A stretch of DNA of 64,000 bases from Dehalococcoidia bacterium (GCA_034423175.1 DAOUJA010000042.1:16610-80609), one strand, 5' to 3'. Counted from the first letter of the stretch, positions 1 to 9,955 are shown. The notes: a model not told the origin generated them from the sequence alone. Numbers and translations: made by a program.

Positions 1-38
1 GGCCGCCCCAGACTTCGCGTAGGTCAAGGGACCCCAGT

Positions 39-1199
39 CTAGTCAAGTCCAAAGAATCTAACGGCGTTACCGGCTGCCAGCAGGTATTTTTCGTCCTCTG
101 GCACGCCCTCGGTCTGTATCTCGAAATACTCGCGGGAATGCGGCCAGCGAGTGACCAAGTGCGGGAAATCGGTAGACCAGAGCATGCGGTCTATACCAAC
201 CTCGTACCGCTGCTTGATACCCGCACGGTCTTCGAAGAAGCCCCAGTACGCATGCTCTCGCAGGTACTCGCTCGGCCTGTACTTCAATGGCTTGAGGCCA
301 AGGTACCGCTCTGCCCAGAACCGGTTGACCTCGTATTCGTGGTCAATCTGTTCATAGTAATAGGGGAGCCAACCCACGTTATTCTCCGCCCAGTAGATCT
401 GCAGTGTCGGAAACCGGTCAAACAGGCCGGATATAACCATCTGGGCGGCTTCCAAGGACCCGGAGTGGTATGGACCCTGTCGCGCCAGCCGTTGCACGAG
501 GTCCGTCGGAGGCTTGTCCTCGCCCTCCGGCTCGCGTGGGTACTTGAGCAAGGCAACATCGCGCGCTCCCACCTTGGCAGGAAAGGCCGTGTGCACTATG
601 ACCGGTACGCCCATTTCAACCGCAGCCGCCCAGAATCGGTCGTCTTCCTCGCTGGGGTAACTCTTGCCGCTCGGGTAGGTGGAGAGCCACACAGCTTTCA
701 GGCCCATACGGGTGCACCGCTCCATCTCCGCGATGTCTTCGTTCGCACCGGCGTTGGGGAGCACCGCGACGCCGATGAGCCGCTCCCGGTCTACCGCGCA
801 GTACTCCTCGGCGAAGTAGTCGTTGAATCCCTTGACGACGGCAAGAAAGGCCCTTTTATCCCGTATGGACCTGTTCCGGACCCCGAGGGCAAACAGCACT
901 TCGGCATCTATGCCGTCTTCATCCAACTCGCGCAACCGCTGCTCCGGTCCGCCCGTTCCTGGGGTGGTGTCGTAATGAACGCGGGTCGGATCGAATCTCT
1001 CCGGGGGCCCACCGGCGTACCAACTCGTACCGCCATACGTCAGGGCGTGGCCTTCGTTGATGATGGCGTCACGTCCGTCAGCCAACTTGATGCGTCGAGG
1101 GGCGCGATCCCTGTACTCGGCCGGCACTCGGTGAGTCCACATCTCCGGTGGTGATTCAAAGTGTCCATCCGCTGAAATGAATCGATATGACCTGGCCAT
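39..1199 (-). CDS. amidohydrolase-2 family protein (ACMSD / hydroxybenzoate decarboxylase-like metal-dependent hydrolase)
   Basis: 386-aa ORF. N-terminal FISADGHFESP (metal-binding D/HxH start) and C-terminal LWSTDFPH motif. Clear paralogue of the ORFs at 4631-5797 and 42585-43700. Confidence 0.8.
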   Translation of the reverse strand: MARSYRFISADGHFESPPEMWTHRVPAEYRDRAPRRIKLADGRDAIINEGHALTYGGTSWYAGGPPERFDPTRVHYDTTPGTGGPEQRLRELDEDGIDAEVLFALGVRNRSIRDKRAFLAVVKGFNDYFAEEYCAVDRERLIGVAVLPNAGANEDIAEMERCTRMGLKAVWLSTYPSGKSYPSEEDDRFWAAAVEMGVPVIVHTAFPAKVGARDVALLKYPREPEGEDKPPTDLVQRLARQGPYHSGSLEAAQMVISGLFDRFPTLQIYWAENNVGWLPYYYEQIDHEYEVNRFWAERYLGLKPLKYRPSEYLREHAYWGFFEDRAGIKQRYEVGIDRMLWSTDFPHLVTRWPHSREYFEIQTEGVPEDEKYLLAAGNAVRFFGLD

Positions 1200-1518
1200 G
1201 CTTCACCTCTCCCAGGGGCTCTAGCCATGCCCTGCAGCAGGCCGGCGCGTCTACCAAACCTGACGCTGGTGACCCAGAGGTCAACGGACGATGCGACTGT
1301 ATGCGCGCCTCCATCATCTGTCAAGACGTGATTCGTTGAGGAGACGACGCTCGTTGTTGACTTTCGTTGCCGCTTGTGCTAGTGATAGGTTTGCTTTCGG
1401 CGCTCGAGGGCCAGGCAACGACGGTTTTCTCCTCTCCCCAGTCCAGTTGCGGACTCTTCGCGCAAGGGTACGATTGGCAGGGCAACGATTCGATGGCTGC
1501 ACAGAAAGGAGACTCAGC

Positions 1519-2478
1519 ATGCTAACCTCTCAAGACCTGCACGGTGTTATGGGCATGATGCCCTCGTTCGCTACGCCGGATGCCGGTGACCTCAGGGCGA
1601 CGTCAACCGTTGACGTGGACAACCTGCAGGCTGGCATAGACAAGATCATCAGAGACGGTGTCGATGTCATCACGACGACTGGTAGCTTCGGCGAGTGCTA
1701 CAACCTCTTCTTCGATGAATGGAAGACACTTGCGGTTGCGGCATTCGAGGTGACCAACAAGCGCGTCCCGCTCTTCATCGGCACCACCAGCACCAATCCC
1801 AGGGAGGTTGTCCAGAAGCTGAACTTCCTGCGGGACCTGGGTGCAGATGGCACACTGCTGGGTGTGCCCTACTACAGCGAGCACAGCCAGGAATACATCG
1901 CTGATTTCTACACCCAGATTGCAGACATGTTCCCGGAAATCGGGTTCATGATTTACCACAATCCCGTTAACCATAAGGTGCATATCCGCGTTCCCACGTT
2001 CCAGAAGATCGTCAACAGCCCCAATATCATCGGGATGAAGGACAGCCACCACGAAACGCGGCAGTTCATTCAGTTGATGAAAATCATCAGAGGAAAGATC
2101 AGCGTCTTTGTGAACCAGGCGCAGCTCTTCCCCTTCGCCCGGCTTGGGGCCTCAGGGTGCTGGTCCATCGACGCGTGGCTCGGCCCGTGGCCGGTCCTGC
2201 ACCTGCGGAACCTGATCGAGCGGGGTGACGACGAGGCCGCTCAGGCACTGATCGGCGAACTCATGGGCGACGGGGCCGGAGGGAGAGAGGACGGCGAGGG
2301 ATCGGGCTTCCTGGCTCATGAGCTTGCGGGCTACGTGAACCCGGGGCCGACCCGGACGCCGATCCTCCAGCCCAGCGAGGCGGTCGTTCGAAGCACGCAG
2401 GCGCGTGTCGACCGCTGGAAGGAGTTCTGCGAGAAGTACCAGCCGCTGGTGGAAACCGCAGCGCCGGTAGCCGTCTAG
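1519..2478 (+). CDS. DapA/N-acetylneuraminate-lyase family aldolase (dihydrodipicolinate synthase-like)
   Basis: ORF 1291-2478 trimmed to the ATG at 1519, which follows AAAGGAGA. Motifs TTTGSFGECYNL, FIGTTS, GVPYY and IIGMKDS (Schiff-base Lys context) are typical of the DHDPS/NAL class I aldolase family. Confidence 0.75.
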   Translation: MLTSQDLHGVMGMMPSFATPDAGDLRATSTVDVDNLQAGIDKIIRDGVDVITTTGSFGECYNLFFDEWKTLAVAAFEVTNKRVPLFIGTTSTNPREVVQKLNFLRDLGADGTLLGVPYYSEHSQEYIADFYTQIADMFPEIGFMIYHNPVNHKVHIRVPTFQKIVNSPNIIGMKDSHHETRQFIQLMKIIRGKISVFVNQAQLFPFARLGASGCWSIDAWLGPWPVLHLRNLIERGDDEAAQALIGELMGDGAGGREDGEGSGFLAHELAGYVNPGPTRTPILQPSEAVVRSTQARVDRWKEFCEKYQPLVETAAPVAV

Positions 2479-2524
2479 TTGGTCGTCACTTCTCCCGGCT
2501 GACCAGAGCCCCTGAGGAGGGATC

Positions 2525-3520
2525 ATGGCAACGTCAACAGAGCGAACGAAGGAGCAACGCTTGGAGTACCTGAACCAACAGCTCCTGCAGAGGGGCCTGC
2601 GGGGCTACTGGATGATGGACCTCACTCCTCCTCCTGAGGAGCAGCCCAAGCTGCTGAAATGGACCGATATCTATCCCCTCTTGGTCGAGGCTGGGGAAGT
2701 CGTGACACTCGGTCCAGAAGCCGAGCGCCGTAATCTCGCGGGGTATCAGGTCGTGATGCCCGGCGAAACCGCGATCGCGCACCGGCACACCCAGTCTGCC
2801 ATGCGTTTCGTGATGCAGGGTACCGGTCAGGCCTACACCGTAACCAATGGTGAACAGATGTTCATGAACCCGGGCGACCTGCTCGTTCAGCCGAGTTGGG
2901 GCTGGCACGATCACACCAACCCGGGAACCGAACCGGTCATCTGGATGGATATTCTGGACCTGGACATGGTGCGCGTACTCGGACCGCGACTCAGAGAGTA
3001 CTGGGCCGAAGGAGAATCTCAACCGATCACTCGTCCCCAAGGGTACAACGGCAAACGATACGGCACGCTACGGAGTCCGAGCGCAACTCCAACCCCCACC
3101 CCGGCTCCCATGGCCTACAAGTGGGAGGACACGTACCCGGCCTTGCTGGAAGCCGCCGAATTCGAAGAAGCTGATCCGTACGACGGCGTGGTCCTCGAGT
3201 ACACCAATCCTGCCAATGGGGGACCTGTACTTCCCACTTCGACCGCCACGATACAGATGCTGCGGCCCGGAGAAGAGACGGGCATGCACCGGCACATGGG
3301 GCACTTCCGGTACAGCGTCGTTCAAGGGCACGGTGAGATCATCGTGGACCAGAGCGACCCCCAAACAATCGAGTGGGAAGAGAAGGACTCGTTTACCCTG
3401 CCGTCGTGGCGCTGGCATCGCATCAGAAACATGTCGAAGTCGGACCCTGCGATCCTGTTCAGTGTGAGTGATGTAGCGGCGTACAAGGCGTTCGGCTTCT
3501 ACCGGGAGGAGCGCCGCTGA
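2525..3520 (+). CDS. gentisate 1,2-dioxygenase-like bicupin ring-cleavage dioxygenase
   Basis: 331 aa with RBS GAGGAGGG. First cupin AHRHTQSAMRFVMQGTGQAYTVTNGEQMFMNPGDLLVQPSWGWHDH, second cupin MHRHMGHFRYSVVQGHGEI...LPSWRWHRIRN. This is the motif pattern of gentisate / 1-hydroxy-2-naphthoate dioxygenases. Confidence 0.75.
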   Translation: MATSTERTKEQRLEYLNQQLLQRGLRGYWMMDLTPPPEEQPKLLKWTDIYPLLVEAGEVVTLGPEAERRNLAGYQVVMPGETAIAHRHTQSAMRFVMQGTGQAYTVTNGEQMFMNPGDLLVQPSWGWHDHTNPGTEPVIWMDILDLDMVRVLGPRLREYWAEGESQPITRPQGYNGKRYGTLRSPSATPTPTPAPMAYKWEDTYPALLEAAEFEEADPYDGVVLEYTNPANGGPVLPTSTATIQMLRPGEETGMHRHMGHFRYSVVQGHGEIIVDQSDPQTIEWEEKDSFTLPSWRWHRIRNMSKSDPAILFSVSDVAAYKAFGFYREERR

Positions 3521-3555
3521 CAGGCGGAACCGGACGATAAGGATGGCGTGGCAGC

Positions 3556-4587
3556 ATGACTGACGAATCGCCGACTGCGCACCTGGACGCGCTCCACGAC
3601 ACATTCGCGCGCCTCAATCTGAGCGGGATGTGGCAACGGGGAGGCGCGTCTGCTCCGGATGTCCATGCCTCGATCTGGCGATGGGCCGACATCCACGAGA
3701 CGCTTGAAGAGGCGCGCCGGATGGTGCGTCTGCCCGAGGATACGGACCAACGGGTGGTAGGCCTGATCAACCCAACTCCGGGAGCTGTGAACCGGACCAT
3801 CTCATTTGCATTTCAGATGCTGAACCACGGGGAGTCGGTGGACTCACACAGACACACCGCCACCCAGATGAGGTTCATGGTGGATGGTCACGGGGCACAT
3901 ACGATTTCGGATGGCGAAGCATTGCCGATGCACCCGGGAGACCTGCTGGTCCAGCCAAACTGGAGCTGGCACGGGACCACGAATCTCAGCGGTGAGCCCT
4001 CCGTCTGGCTCGATGCCCAGGACCGTAACCTCGTAGCGTACCTCGGCTCGTTCCTGCGGGACTTGTGGGCTGAGGGCGGTGTTCAGCCGGTCACGCAGCC
4101 CACCGGCTATTACGGTCGACGCTTCGGCGTCGTCCGCCCCAGCGCAGCAGTGAATACCGATCGCTTCTATCCGGACCCGCAACCGCCGGCTCGTTATCCC
4201 TGGGCCGACACCATGGACGCCTTGCATGCACTGGTGGATGCAGGCGAGCACAATCCCTTCGAGGGCGTCATCCTCGAATACACGAACCCCCTGACTGGCG
4301 GGCACACGGTCCCGACGATGAGCGCCTGCGTTCAGTTGCTGAAACCGGGAGAGGAGACTCGTTCCCACCGGCACACGGGTACCTCGATGTACCACGTGGT
4401 CGAAGGGCGAGGAACGAGTTCGATCAGAGGAGAGGATATCGACTGGGACGTCAGGGACTGCTTCACCGTGCCTCCGCTCCAGTGGCACCAACATCGGAAT
4501 ACGTCCAGAGCGCCTGCGATCCTCTTCTCCGTCAGTGACCGTCCGGCCCTGGAGGCACTTCACCTGTACCGAGAAGAGGTCCGTTAG
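3556..4587 (+). CDS. gentisate 1,2-dioxygenase-like bicupin (tandem paralogue)
   Basis: 343 aa with the same bicupin motif layout (SHRHTATQMRFMVDGHGAHTISDGE...PGDLLVQPNWSWHG; SHRHTGTSMYHVVEGRGTS...PPLQWHQHRN). Sits directly downstream of its paralogue. Confidence 0.75.
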   Translation: MTDESPTAHLDALHDTFARLNLSGMWQRGGASAPDVHASIWRWADIHETLEEARRMVRLPEDTDQRVVGLINPTPGAVNRTISFAFQMLNHGESVDSHRHTATQMRFMVDGHGAHTISDGEALPMHPGDLLVQPNWSWHGTTNLSGEPSVWLDAQDRNLVAYLGSFLRDLWAEGGVQPVTQPTGYYGRRFGVVRPSAAVNTDRFYPDPQPPARYPWADTMDALHALVDAGEHNPFEGVILEYTNPLTGGHTVPTMSACVQLLKPGEETRSHRHTGTSMYHVVEGRGTSSIRGEDIDWDVRDCFTVPPLQWHQHRNTSRAPAILFSVSDRPALEALHLYREEVR

Positions 4588-4630
4588 CCAGAAACCCGGG
4601 AGACGGGAGAAGAGGAAAGGAGGGGCGACG

Positions 4631-5797
4631 ATGGCACGTCAATACACAATGATCTCGGGTGACTCACACCTGGATATCGTCCCAGAGCGATGGACTCACC
4701 GCGTTCCCGAACGATGGCGCGACCGTGCTCCCAGGCTCATCAAGCTACCGAACGGGAACGATGCCTTCATCATAGAGGGACGTCCACCTCACAGTCCTGG
4801 CTTGCAAATCACCGGCACAGGAACCGAGTACGACAAGCACGACATCAGCGGGATCACTTACGTGGGACCGGGCACAGGTACTCCAGAGAAGCGCCTGACG
4901 GAACAGGACCAGGACCACGTTGATGCGGAGGTCCTCTACACGCACCCGTCGTATCTCAATTCGTGGCGCGGGATAAAGGACAACGAACCCTACCTGGCCA
5001 TGATCCGGGCATACAACGGGTGGGTCGCAGAGGAGTACTGCAGCGTGGCTCCTGACCGCCTCATAGGAACGGGGATGATTCCGGATACGGGGATCGACGA
5101 CGCGGTCGCTGAGTTGGAGTACTGCGCCAGTGTCGGCTTCAAGGGCGTCTGCATCTATCGCTTCCCCAATGGCAAGGGCTATCCGACGCCTGAGGATGAC
5201 CGGTTCTGGGCTGCCGCACTGGACCACAACATGCCCATCACGGCACACACGAACGGAGGAACGACGCGGTTCCTCCGCGACGGGCCGGTATTCGAGTACA
5301 GCAATATCACCATCGACGCAGTGCCCGGCAGAGACCCCGTCAACCTGCTTTGCCGCTTCTCGGGTGATATGCCGATGGCGCCGCTCCAGCTTGCCTATGC
5401 CGGCGTATTCGACCGCTTCCCGAACCTCAGGATTTACTGGGCAGAGGCGCAAGCCGGTTGGCTTCCGTTCAGCTTTGCCCAAGTGGACGACAACTACAAC
5501 CGGAACCGGTATTGGGCTGAGCGGCTGTATGGACTGAAGCCGATGCAGCAGAAGCCGAGCGAGTACCTCAAGGAGCGGAACCTCTGGGGTTTCATGAGAG
5601 ACCCATTCGGCGTCAGTATGCGTCATGCCATCGGCGTCGACTCTCTCATCTGGGGAAGCGACTTCGCGCACGCTACCGGCGACTGGCCGGAATCGCTGAA
5701 GACCGTCAACGAGACATTCGTTGGCGTCCCGGAGGACGAACGCTACAAGATGCTTGCTGGCAACGCCGTCGCGTTCTTCCATCTCGACGCCGACTAG
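4631..5797 (+). CDS. amidohydrolase-2 family protein (decarboxylase/hydrolase)
   Basis: ORF 4535-5797 trimmed to the ATG at 4631 after GGAAAGGAGG. MISGDSHLD N-terminus and WGSDFAH near the C-terminus. Collinear with the ORF at 39-1199. Confidence 0.8.
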   Translation: MARQYTMISGDSHLDIVPERWTHRVPERWRDRAPRLIKLPNGNDAFIIEGRPPHSPGLQITGTGTEYDKHDISGITYVGPGTGTPEKRLTEQDQDHVDAEVLYTHPSYLNSWRGIKDNEPYLAMIRAYNGWVAEEYCSVAPDRLIGTGMIPDTGIDDAVAELEYCASVGFKGVCIYRFPNGKGYPTPEDDRFWAAALDHNMPITAHTNGGTTRFLRDGPVFEYSNITIDAVPGRDPVNLLCRFSGDMPMAPLQLAYAGVFDRFPNLRIYWAEAQAGWLPFSFAQVDDNYNRNRYWAERLYGLKPMQQKPSEYLKERNLWGFMRDPFGVSMRHAIGVDSLIWGSDFAHATGDWPESLKTVNETFVGVPEDERYKMLAGNAVAFFHLDAD

Positions 5798-5860
5798 CCG
5801 ACCACCCAACCCGTAACCGATTCAGCACTGGCTTGCGCAATGCCAAGAGGGAGGCCACCG

Positions 5861-7084
5861 ATGATCCGCTTCAGTCAGTCCGAAAAGGCAGGGGCCCCGA
5901 CTTCCGGGCGGCGTCACGTCTGGGCAGCGTTCCTTCTAGTGGTCGTCTTGGCGCTGCTGGTTGGGGCATGCGGAGCTGACCCGACCCCGACTCCTACCGC
6001 TACGGCAGTCCCTACCGCAGAACCGGAACCGGAAGTAAGTGGCGCCGAGGCCGAATGGGAAGCAGTCATTGAGGCAGCACAGGAAGAGGGCAGGCTGGAC
6101 ATATTCGCGTGCTGCAACGTATCTGTCCAGATCGAAGCGATCAACGATGCGTTTGAAGCAAAGTATGGCGTTGAGGTGGTTGCCAGCGGAGGGTCGCCTT
6201 CTCAGAGTGTTACCCGGTTGCTCGCGGAGCGAGAGGCGGGCCAGCGGACACTCGACCTCTGGATCAATGGCCCCGTCTCCGGGAGCAGACTGATACAGGG
6301 CAATGCCCTGGACCCGATTCCTCCCTTGCTGCTGCTCCCCGATGTCACGGACACCTCAGACCTGCTGGAAGGCGAGTGGCTCTACTCCGATCCGGATCGG
6401 AGAGAGTTGCTCATCGCATTCGGAGTGAACGCCCGGACTGCGGACATCGTATACAACACGGACAATTTCGATCCCGCAGATGTCGAGTCGTATTGGGACC
6501 TGTTGGACCCGAAGTACAAGGGCAAGATCCTCATCAACGACCCGCGCCAGGGCCAGGGCGGAACCCCACTCACCTTCATGTACACCAACTCCGAGATCGG
6601 CCCTGACTTCCTGACCCGTTTGTTCACCGAGATGGATGTTGTCGTAACGTCAGACCTCCGGCAGGCCGCCGAGTTCCTCGCGAGGGGCGATTTTGCCGTT
6701 TGTCTGTTCGGCTGCTCCACTGAAGTGACAGCCTTGAAGGAACAGGGGTTGCCGGTGGAGGACATATTCCCAACCGTTCCCTCCGAAGGGACCTGGGGTA
6801 GCGCCAGTCCTTACTTCATAGGAGCGGTTGAAGGAGCTCCGCACCCTGCGGCCCGGCAGTTGTACATCAACTGGTTCCTCTCCAGGGAGGGCCAGGCAGT
6901 CGTGCAGGATCTGGTCCGCATGGACTCAGTGCGCCTCGATATTCCGAAAGACAATGTTCTCCCGAGCAGCCGTCGTATGGAAGGAGTGGACTACTTCCTG
7001 TTCCAGTTCTCGCCCACGTATAACACCGACCTGGCTGAAGCTCAGGAGTTCGTCAAGGAGTTAATCGCGAAACTGGAGGGATAG
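5861..7084 (+). CDS. ABC transporter substrate-binding lipoprotein (family-1 / Fe3+-type extracellular solute-binding protein)
   Basis: Start moved to the ATG at 5861 (GGGAGG 7 nt upstream). Signal peptide ends LLVGAC (lipobox) and is followed by a Pro/Thr-rich linker. The body resembles periplasmic-binding-protein family-1 proteins, and a cognate permease lies downstream. Confidence 0.7.
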   Translation: MIRFSQSEKAGAPTSGRRHVWAAFLLVVVLALLVGACGADPTPTPTATAVPTAEPEPEVSGAEAEWEAVIEAAQEEGRLDIFACCNVSVQIEAINDAFEAKYGVEVVASGGSPSQSVTRLLAEREAGQRTLDLWINGPVSGSRLIQGNALDPIPPLLLLPDVTDTSDLLEGEWLYSDPDRRELLIAFGVNARTADIVYNTDNFDPADVESYWDLLDPKYKGKILINDPRQGQGGTPLTFMYTNSEIGPDFLTRLFTEMDVVVTSDLRQAAEFLARGDFAVCLFGCSTEVTALKEQGLPVEDIFPTVPSEGTWGSASPYFIGAVEGAPHPAARQLYINWFLSREGQAVVQDLVRMDSVRLDIPKDNVLPSSRRMEGVDYFLFQFSPTYNTDLAEAQEFVKELIAKLEG

Positions 7085-7255
7085 TCGGTCTTTCGATGCT
7101 CAACAGCAGGGACGGAGGTGGCGCTGTGTGTGACCTGACCGGAACGCGCAGCGCCCCTTCGTCCGGTGGACCTGGCTGCAGCGCCCAATGGATAGGGCGT
7201 CGCGGGGATGTCGTGCCGTCGAAACCGGGCAACCTGCCTGCTCCGGAGCCTGTCT

Positions 7256-8992
7256 ATGCGAACTGAAGCCGCGCAGAGAGTCCCATCCACGCCGAAATGG
7301 ATGCCGGAAAGAGGGACTTTCATCGTAGTCGTGCTGATTATTGCGTTCGGTTTCTACATACTCTATCCAATAGTGCTGATATTCGTGAATAGTTTCAATA
7401 TTGCCAGTGTTGCCCAGGAGCCGATCTATTCTCTCCAGAATTGGCGTGATGCATTCCTGGAACCAGGAATCTGGAAGGCACTCAGGAATACTGTTATGGT
7501 ATTTGTTTCTTACACGGTGATTGCATTTCCCGTCGCTGTACTCATTGCATGGGTGCTCGCAAGGACGGACATCCCCTTCAGTCATGCGCTGGAGTTCTTG
7601 TTCTGGGTTTCGTTCATGCTTCCCCCATTATCTACCGCGATCGGATGGACCTTCCTACTGGATCCTTGGAATGGACTCATCAACAGAGGGCTCGAATACC
7701 TTCCATTTATCAGCGATTCTATTTTCAACATTTACAGCTTTGAGGGCATAGTTTTTGCCCATCTCATGGCGAACAACATCTCGATCAAGGTAATGCTGCT
7801 TACACCCGCTTTCAGGAGCATGGACATGGCCCTGGAGGAAGCGGGACGAGTCTCAGGAGCTTCGAACCTCCGAACCTTGTTGCGGGTCACTCTTCCGGTT
7901 ATGGCTCCGCCCATGGTTATCGTGTTTATGCTGGGTACGCTCCGGCTCTTTCAATCTTTCGAGATCGAGCAGATCCTTGGCGCTCCTGCACGCTTCTTCG
8001 TCTATTCCACCCAGATCTACGGCATGGTCAATGCTGAGCCGCCCGAGACCGGCCAGGCGACAGCTTTGGCGAGCCTCACGCTGATCCTGATCGCCGTCTT
8101 GGTACCCTTCCAGCATTGGTTGACAACTCGGCGACGCTACACAACGCTGACGAGCAACTTCAGGCCGGGCCTCATAAGACTGGGGAAATGGAAAACTCCG
8201 ACGATCACCCTAGTGGCTGGTATCGCCGCTATGCTGACCGTCGTACCCGTCCTGACCCTGGTTGGTGGAAGCTTTATGACGAGGGTTGGCTTCTTTGAGA
8301 TCACTCCGATGTTCACACTGAAGCACTGGCAGGTGGTGCTGGACAATCGTTTCTTCCTCGAGGCACTGAGAACGACCTTGATCCTGAGCACCATTACGGC
8401 CGTGGTCTCTCCATTGCTGTTCTCAGTCGTTGGCTACGTGATTGCCCGCACACGCTGGAGGGGCAGAGGGGCGCTCGACGCGTTGCTATGGAGCTCTTCA
8501 GCCATTCCCGGCATCCTGGCGAGTCTGGGCCTGATGTGGGCATTCCTCAGGACGCCTGGCCTGGAGTGGCTGTTCGGGACGATATGGGCGCTCCTAATCG
8601 TTACAGTATTGCAGGGCCAGTTGCTCGGCACGCAACTCGCCAAGGGTGCCTACCTCCAGGTAGGCGCAGACATGGAAGAGGCCGCTCGCGTTGCTGGTGC
8701 AGGATGGGTGAGGACCTACTTCAAGATATGGCTGCCTTTGATCATGCCGACCATAGTGCTTATGAGCGTCCTGAACTTCGTGATGGCCGCTCAGGCGACC
8801 TCGAATATCATCCTCATCGCTGACCGCGACACGACGACGCTGTCGATACTGGCGCTTCAACTAATGACTGCAGACGACGTTAAACACCTCGAGCAGGCTG
8901 GGATCATCAGTATCTTTCTCATAGGCATCACGCTGATAGTGGCAGTTGTCGCCCGGAGGTTTGGACTTCCCATGGGAGTCCAGCATCGGTGA
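7256..8992 (+). CDS. ABC transporter permease, fused double MalFG-type domain (FbpB/SfuB-like)
   Basis: Polytopic membrane protein with two EAA loops (MALEEAGRVSGASNLRTLLRVTLP and ADMEEAARVAGAGWVRTYFKIWLP). Start at 7256 chosen for the GGAG 7 nt upstream. Markedly lower GC (25/60 G+C at 7321-7380). Confidence 0.8.
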   Translation: MRTEAAQRVPSTPKWMPERGTFIVVVLIIAFGFYILYPIVLIFVNSFNIASVAQEPIYSLQNWRDAFLEPGIWKALRNTVMVFVSYTVIAFPVAVLIAWVLARTDIPFSHALEFLFWVSFMLPPLSTAIGWTFLLDPWNGLINRGLEYLPFISDSIFNIYSFEGIVFAHLMANNISIKVMLLTPAFRSMDMALEEAGRVSGASNLRTLLRVTLPVMAPPMVIVFMLGTLRLFQSFEIEQILGAPARFFVYSTQIYGMVNAEPPETGQATALASLTLILIAVLVPFQHWLTTRRRYTTLTSNFRPGLIRLGKWKTPTITLVAGIAAMLTVVPVLTLVGGSFMTRVGFFEITPMFTLKHWQVVLDNRFFLEALRTTLILSTITAVVSPLLFSVVGYVIARTRWRGRGALDALLWSSSAIPGILASLGLMWAFLRTPGLEWLFGTIWALLIVTVLQGQLLGTQLAKGAYLQVGADMEEAARVAGAGWVRTYFKIWLPLIMPTIVLMSVLNFVMAAQATSNIILIADRDTTTLSILALQLMTADDVKHLEQAGIISIFLIGITLIVAVVARRFGLPMGVQHR

Positions 8993-9052
8993 ATACGCTT
9001 GTCCATGCTGGTCGAAGTAACAGGTCCTCAAACTCCACTGGAGGTGTACATC

Positions 9053-9589
9053 ATGGAATCCCCGGCTTTCTGGTCCGTGGTCATGCGCCGAGGCGATGGG
9101 GTATTGATTCCCGCTGTCGAAGATCTGACCCGTGACGAACTGCGGAGTCAACCCGCCGGTCCCGCTACCAACCCTATCGGTTGGCTGGTGTGGCATTCGG
9201 CCAAGGTGCAGGATGACTACATCGCTCTCATCGGCGGTAGTAAGACAGTATGGGACGAGCAGGGCTGGAATGCCCGCTTCCCCAACGCTGAACACGCGCT
9301 GCACGTAGAGCCCAAACAAGTCGGCGAGTTCGACCCAGTCGATGCCGCTACGTTGCTTGGTTACTACAATGCAGTTCGAGTAAGGGCTAAGGCCATACTT
9401 GACGCCCTGTCCCCGGAGGACTTCGATCGCGTCCTGGAACCAATATATCCTGGCGGAAGAGCGATGCCTCTTTCCGACGTCCTGGCGATGGTTGCCAGCG
9501 ACAACATCCAACACATAGGTCAGATAGCCTACCTACGGGGCATGCTCCGCGAGCAAGGCTGGTATCAGAACAGGCGGGCACTTGCCTAG
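9053..9589 (+). CDS. DinB-superfamily protein (DinB_2 / putative thiol-dependent transferase fold)
   Basis: ATG at 9053 follows GGAGGTG. Has a DinB-like four-helix pattern: TRDELRSQPAGPATNPIGWLVWH...DNIQHIGQIAYLRG (conserved His residues). Confidence 0.6.
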   Translation: MESPAFWSVVMRRGDGVLIPAVEDLTRDELRSQPAGPATNPIGWLVWHSAKVQDDYIALIGGSKTVWDEQGWNARFPNAEHALHVEPKQVGEFDPVDAATLLGYYNAVRVRAKAILDALSPEDFDRVLEPIYPGGRAMPLSDVLAMVASDNIQHIGQIAYLRGMLREQGWYQNRRALA

Positions 9590-9659
9590 CCTCTTGACCT
9601 TGTACACGATGCAGTGCTTCTGGAGTCAGGCCGTCGGGCAACGCTGCCGCTCGCCCCTT

Positions 9660-9830
9660 ATGAGCAACCCGCAGGAGCGGCTGATCAAGGAGACCCGGCG
9701 CCGGATCGACGTTGGGGCATCTTCCCGAATGGACCGCGGTCCTTCTGCGAATCGGGACTCCAGAAGCCCCACGACGTCCTAGCCAAGACCGTCGAGCGCC
9801 TTGTCGGCATCGGCTCCGCCGAGCCCGTTC
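9660..9830 (+). pseudogene. frameshifted C-terminal remnant of an IS256/Mutator-family transposase
   Basis: Translation across three frames reads SNPQERLIKETRRRIDV / GIFPNGP / AVLLRIG. This matches the conserved IS256-family C-terminal block TNPLERLNKEIKRRTxVVGIFPNxxAxxRLVGA. No N-terminal catalytic part is present. Confidence 0.45.
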
Positions 9831-9955
9831 GTCCCAGCTTCCTCCACGTTTCAGGGCGGCTGCAGATCGAGGCGGCGGGGGACAGATGCCAGGATCACAA
9901 TCTTACTGAGGAAGCTGGGACCCTCAGCAGCCAAAGTTATGAAATCAGTACACGT

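Noticed and set aside
138-1154. Long antisense or alternative-frame ORFs overlapping confidently called genes. Examples: 138-1154, 10303-11262, 11534-13381, 14658-16013, 16491-17909, 18095-19435, 20564-21871, 26986-28263, 30667-31983, 31175-32785, 32955-34463, 34300-35874, 40374-42590, 41005-43293, 54881-56947, 59874-61319, 61539-62660, 62639-63739.
   Set aside because: Their translations are Arg/Gly/Pro/Ala-rich low-complexity strings with no recognisable motifs, as expected for stop-poor shadow frames in high-GC DNA. The opposite or other frame carries clear family signatures.
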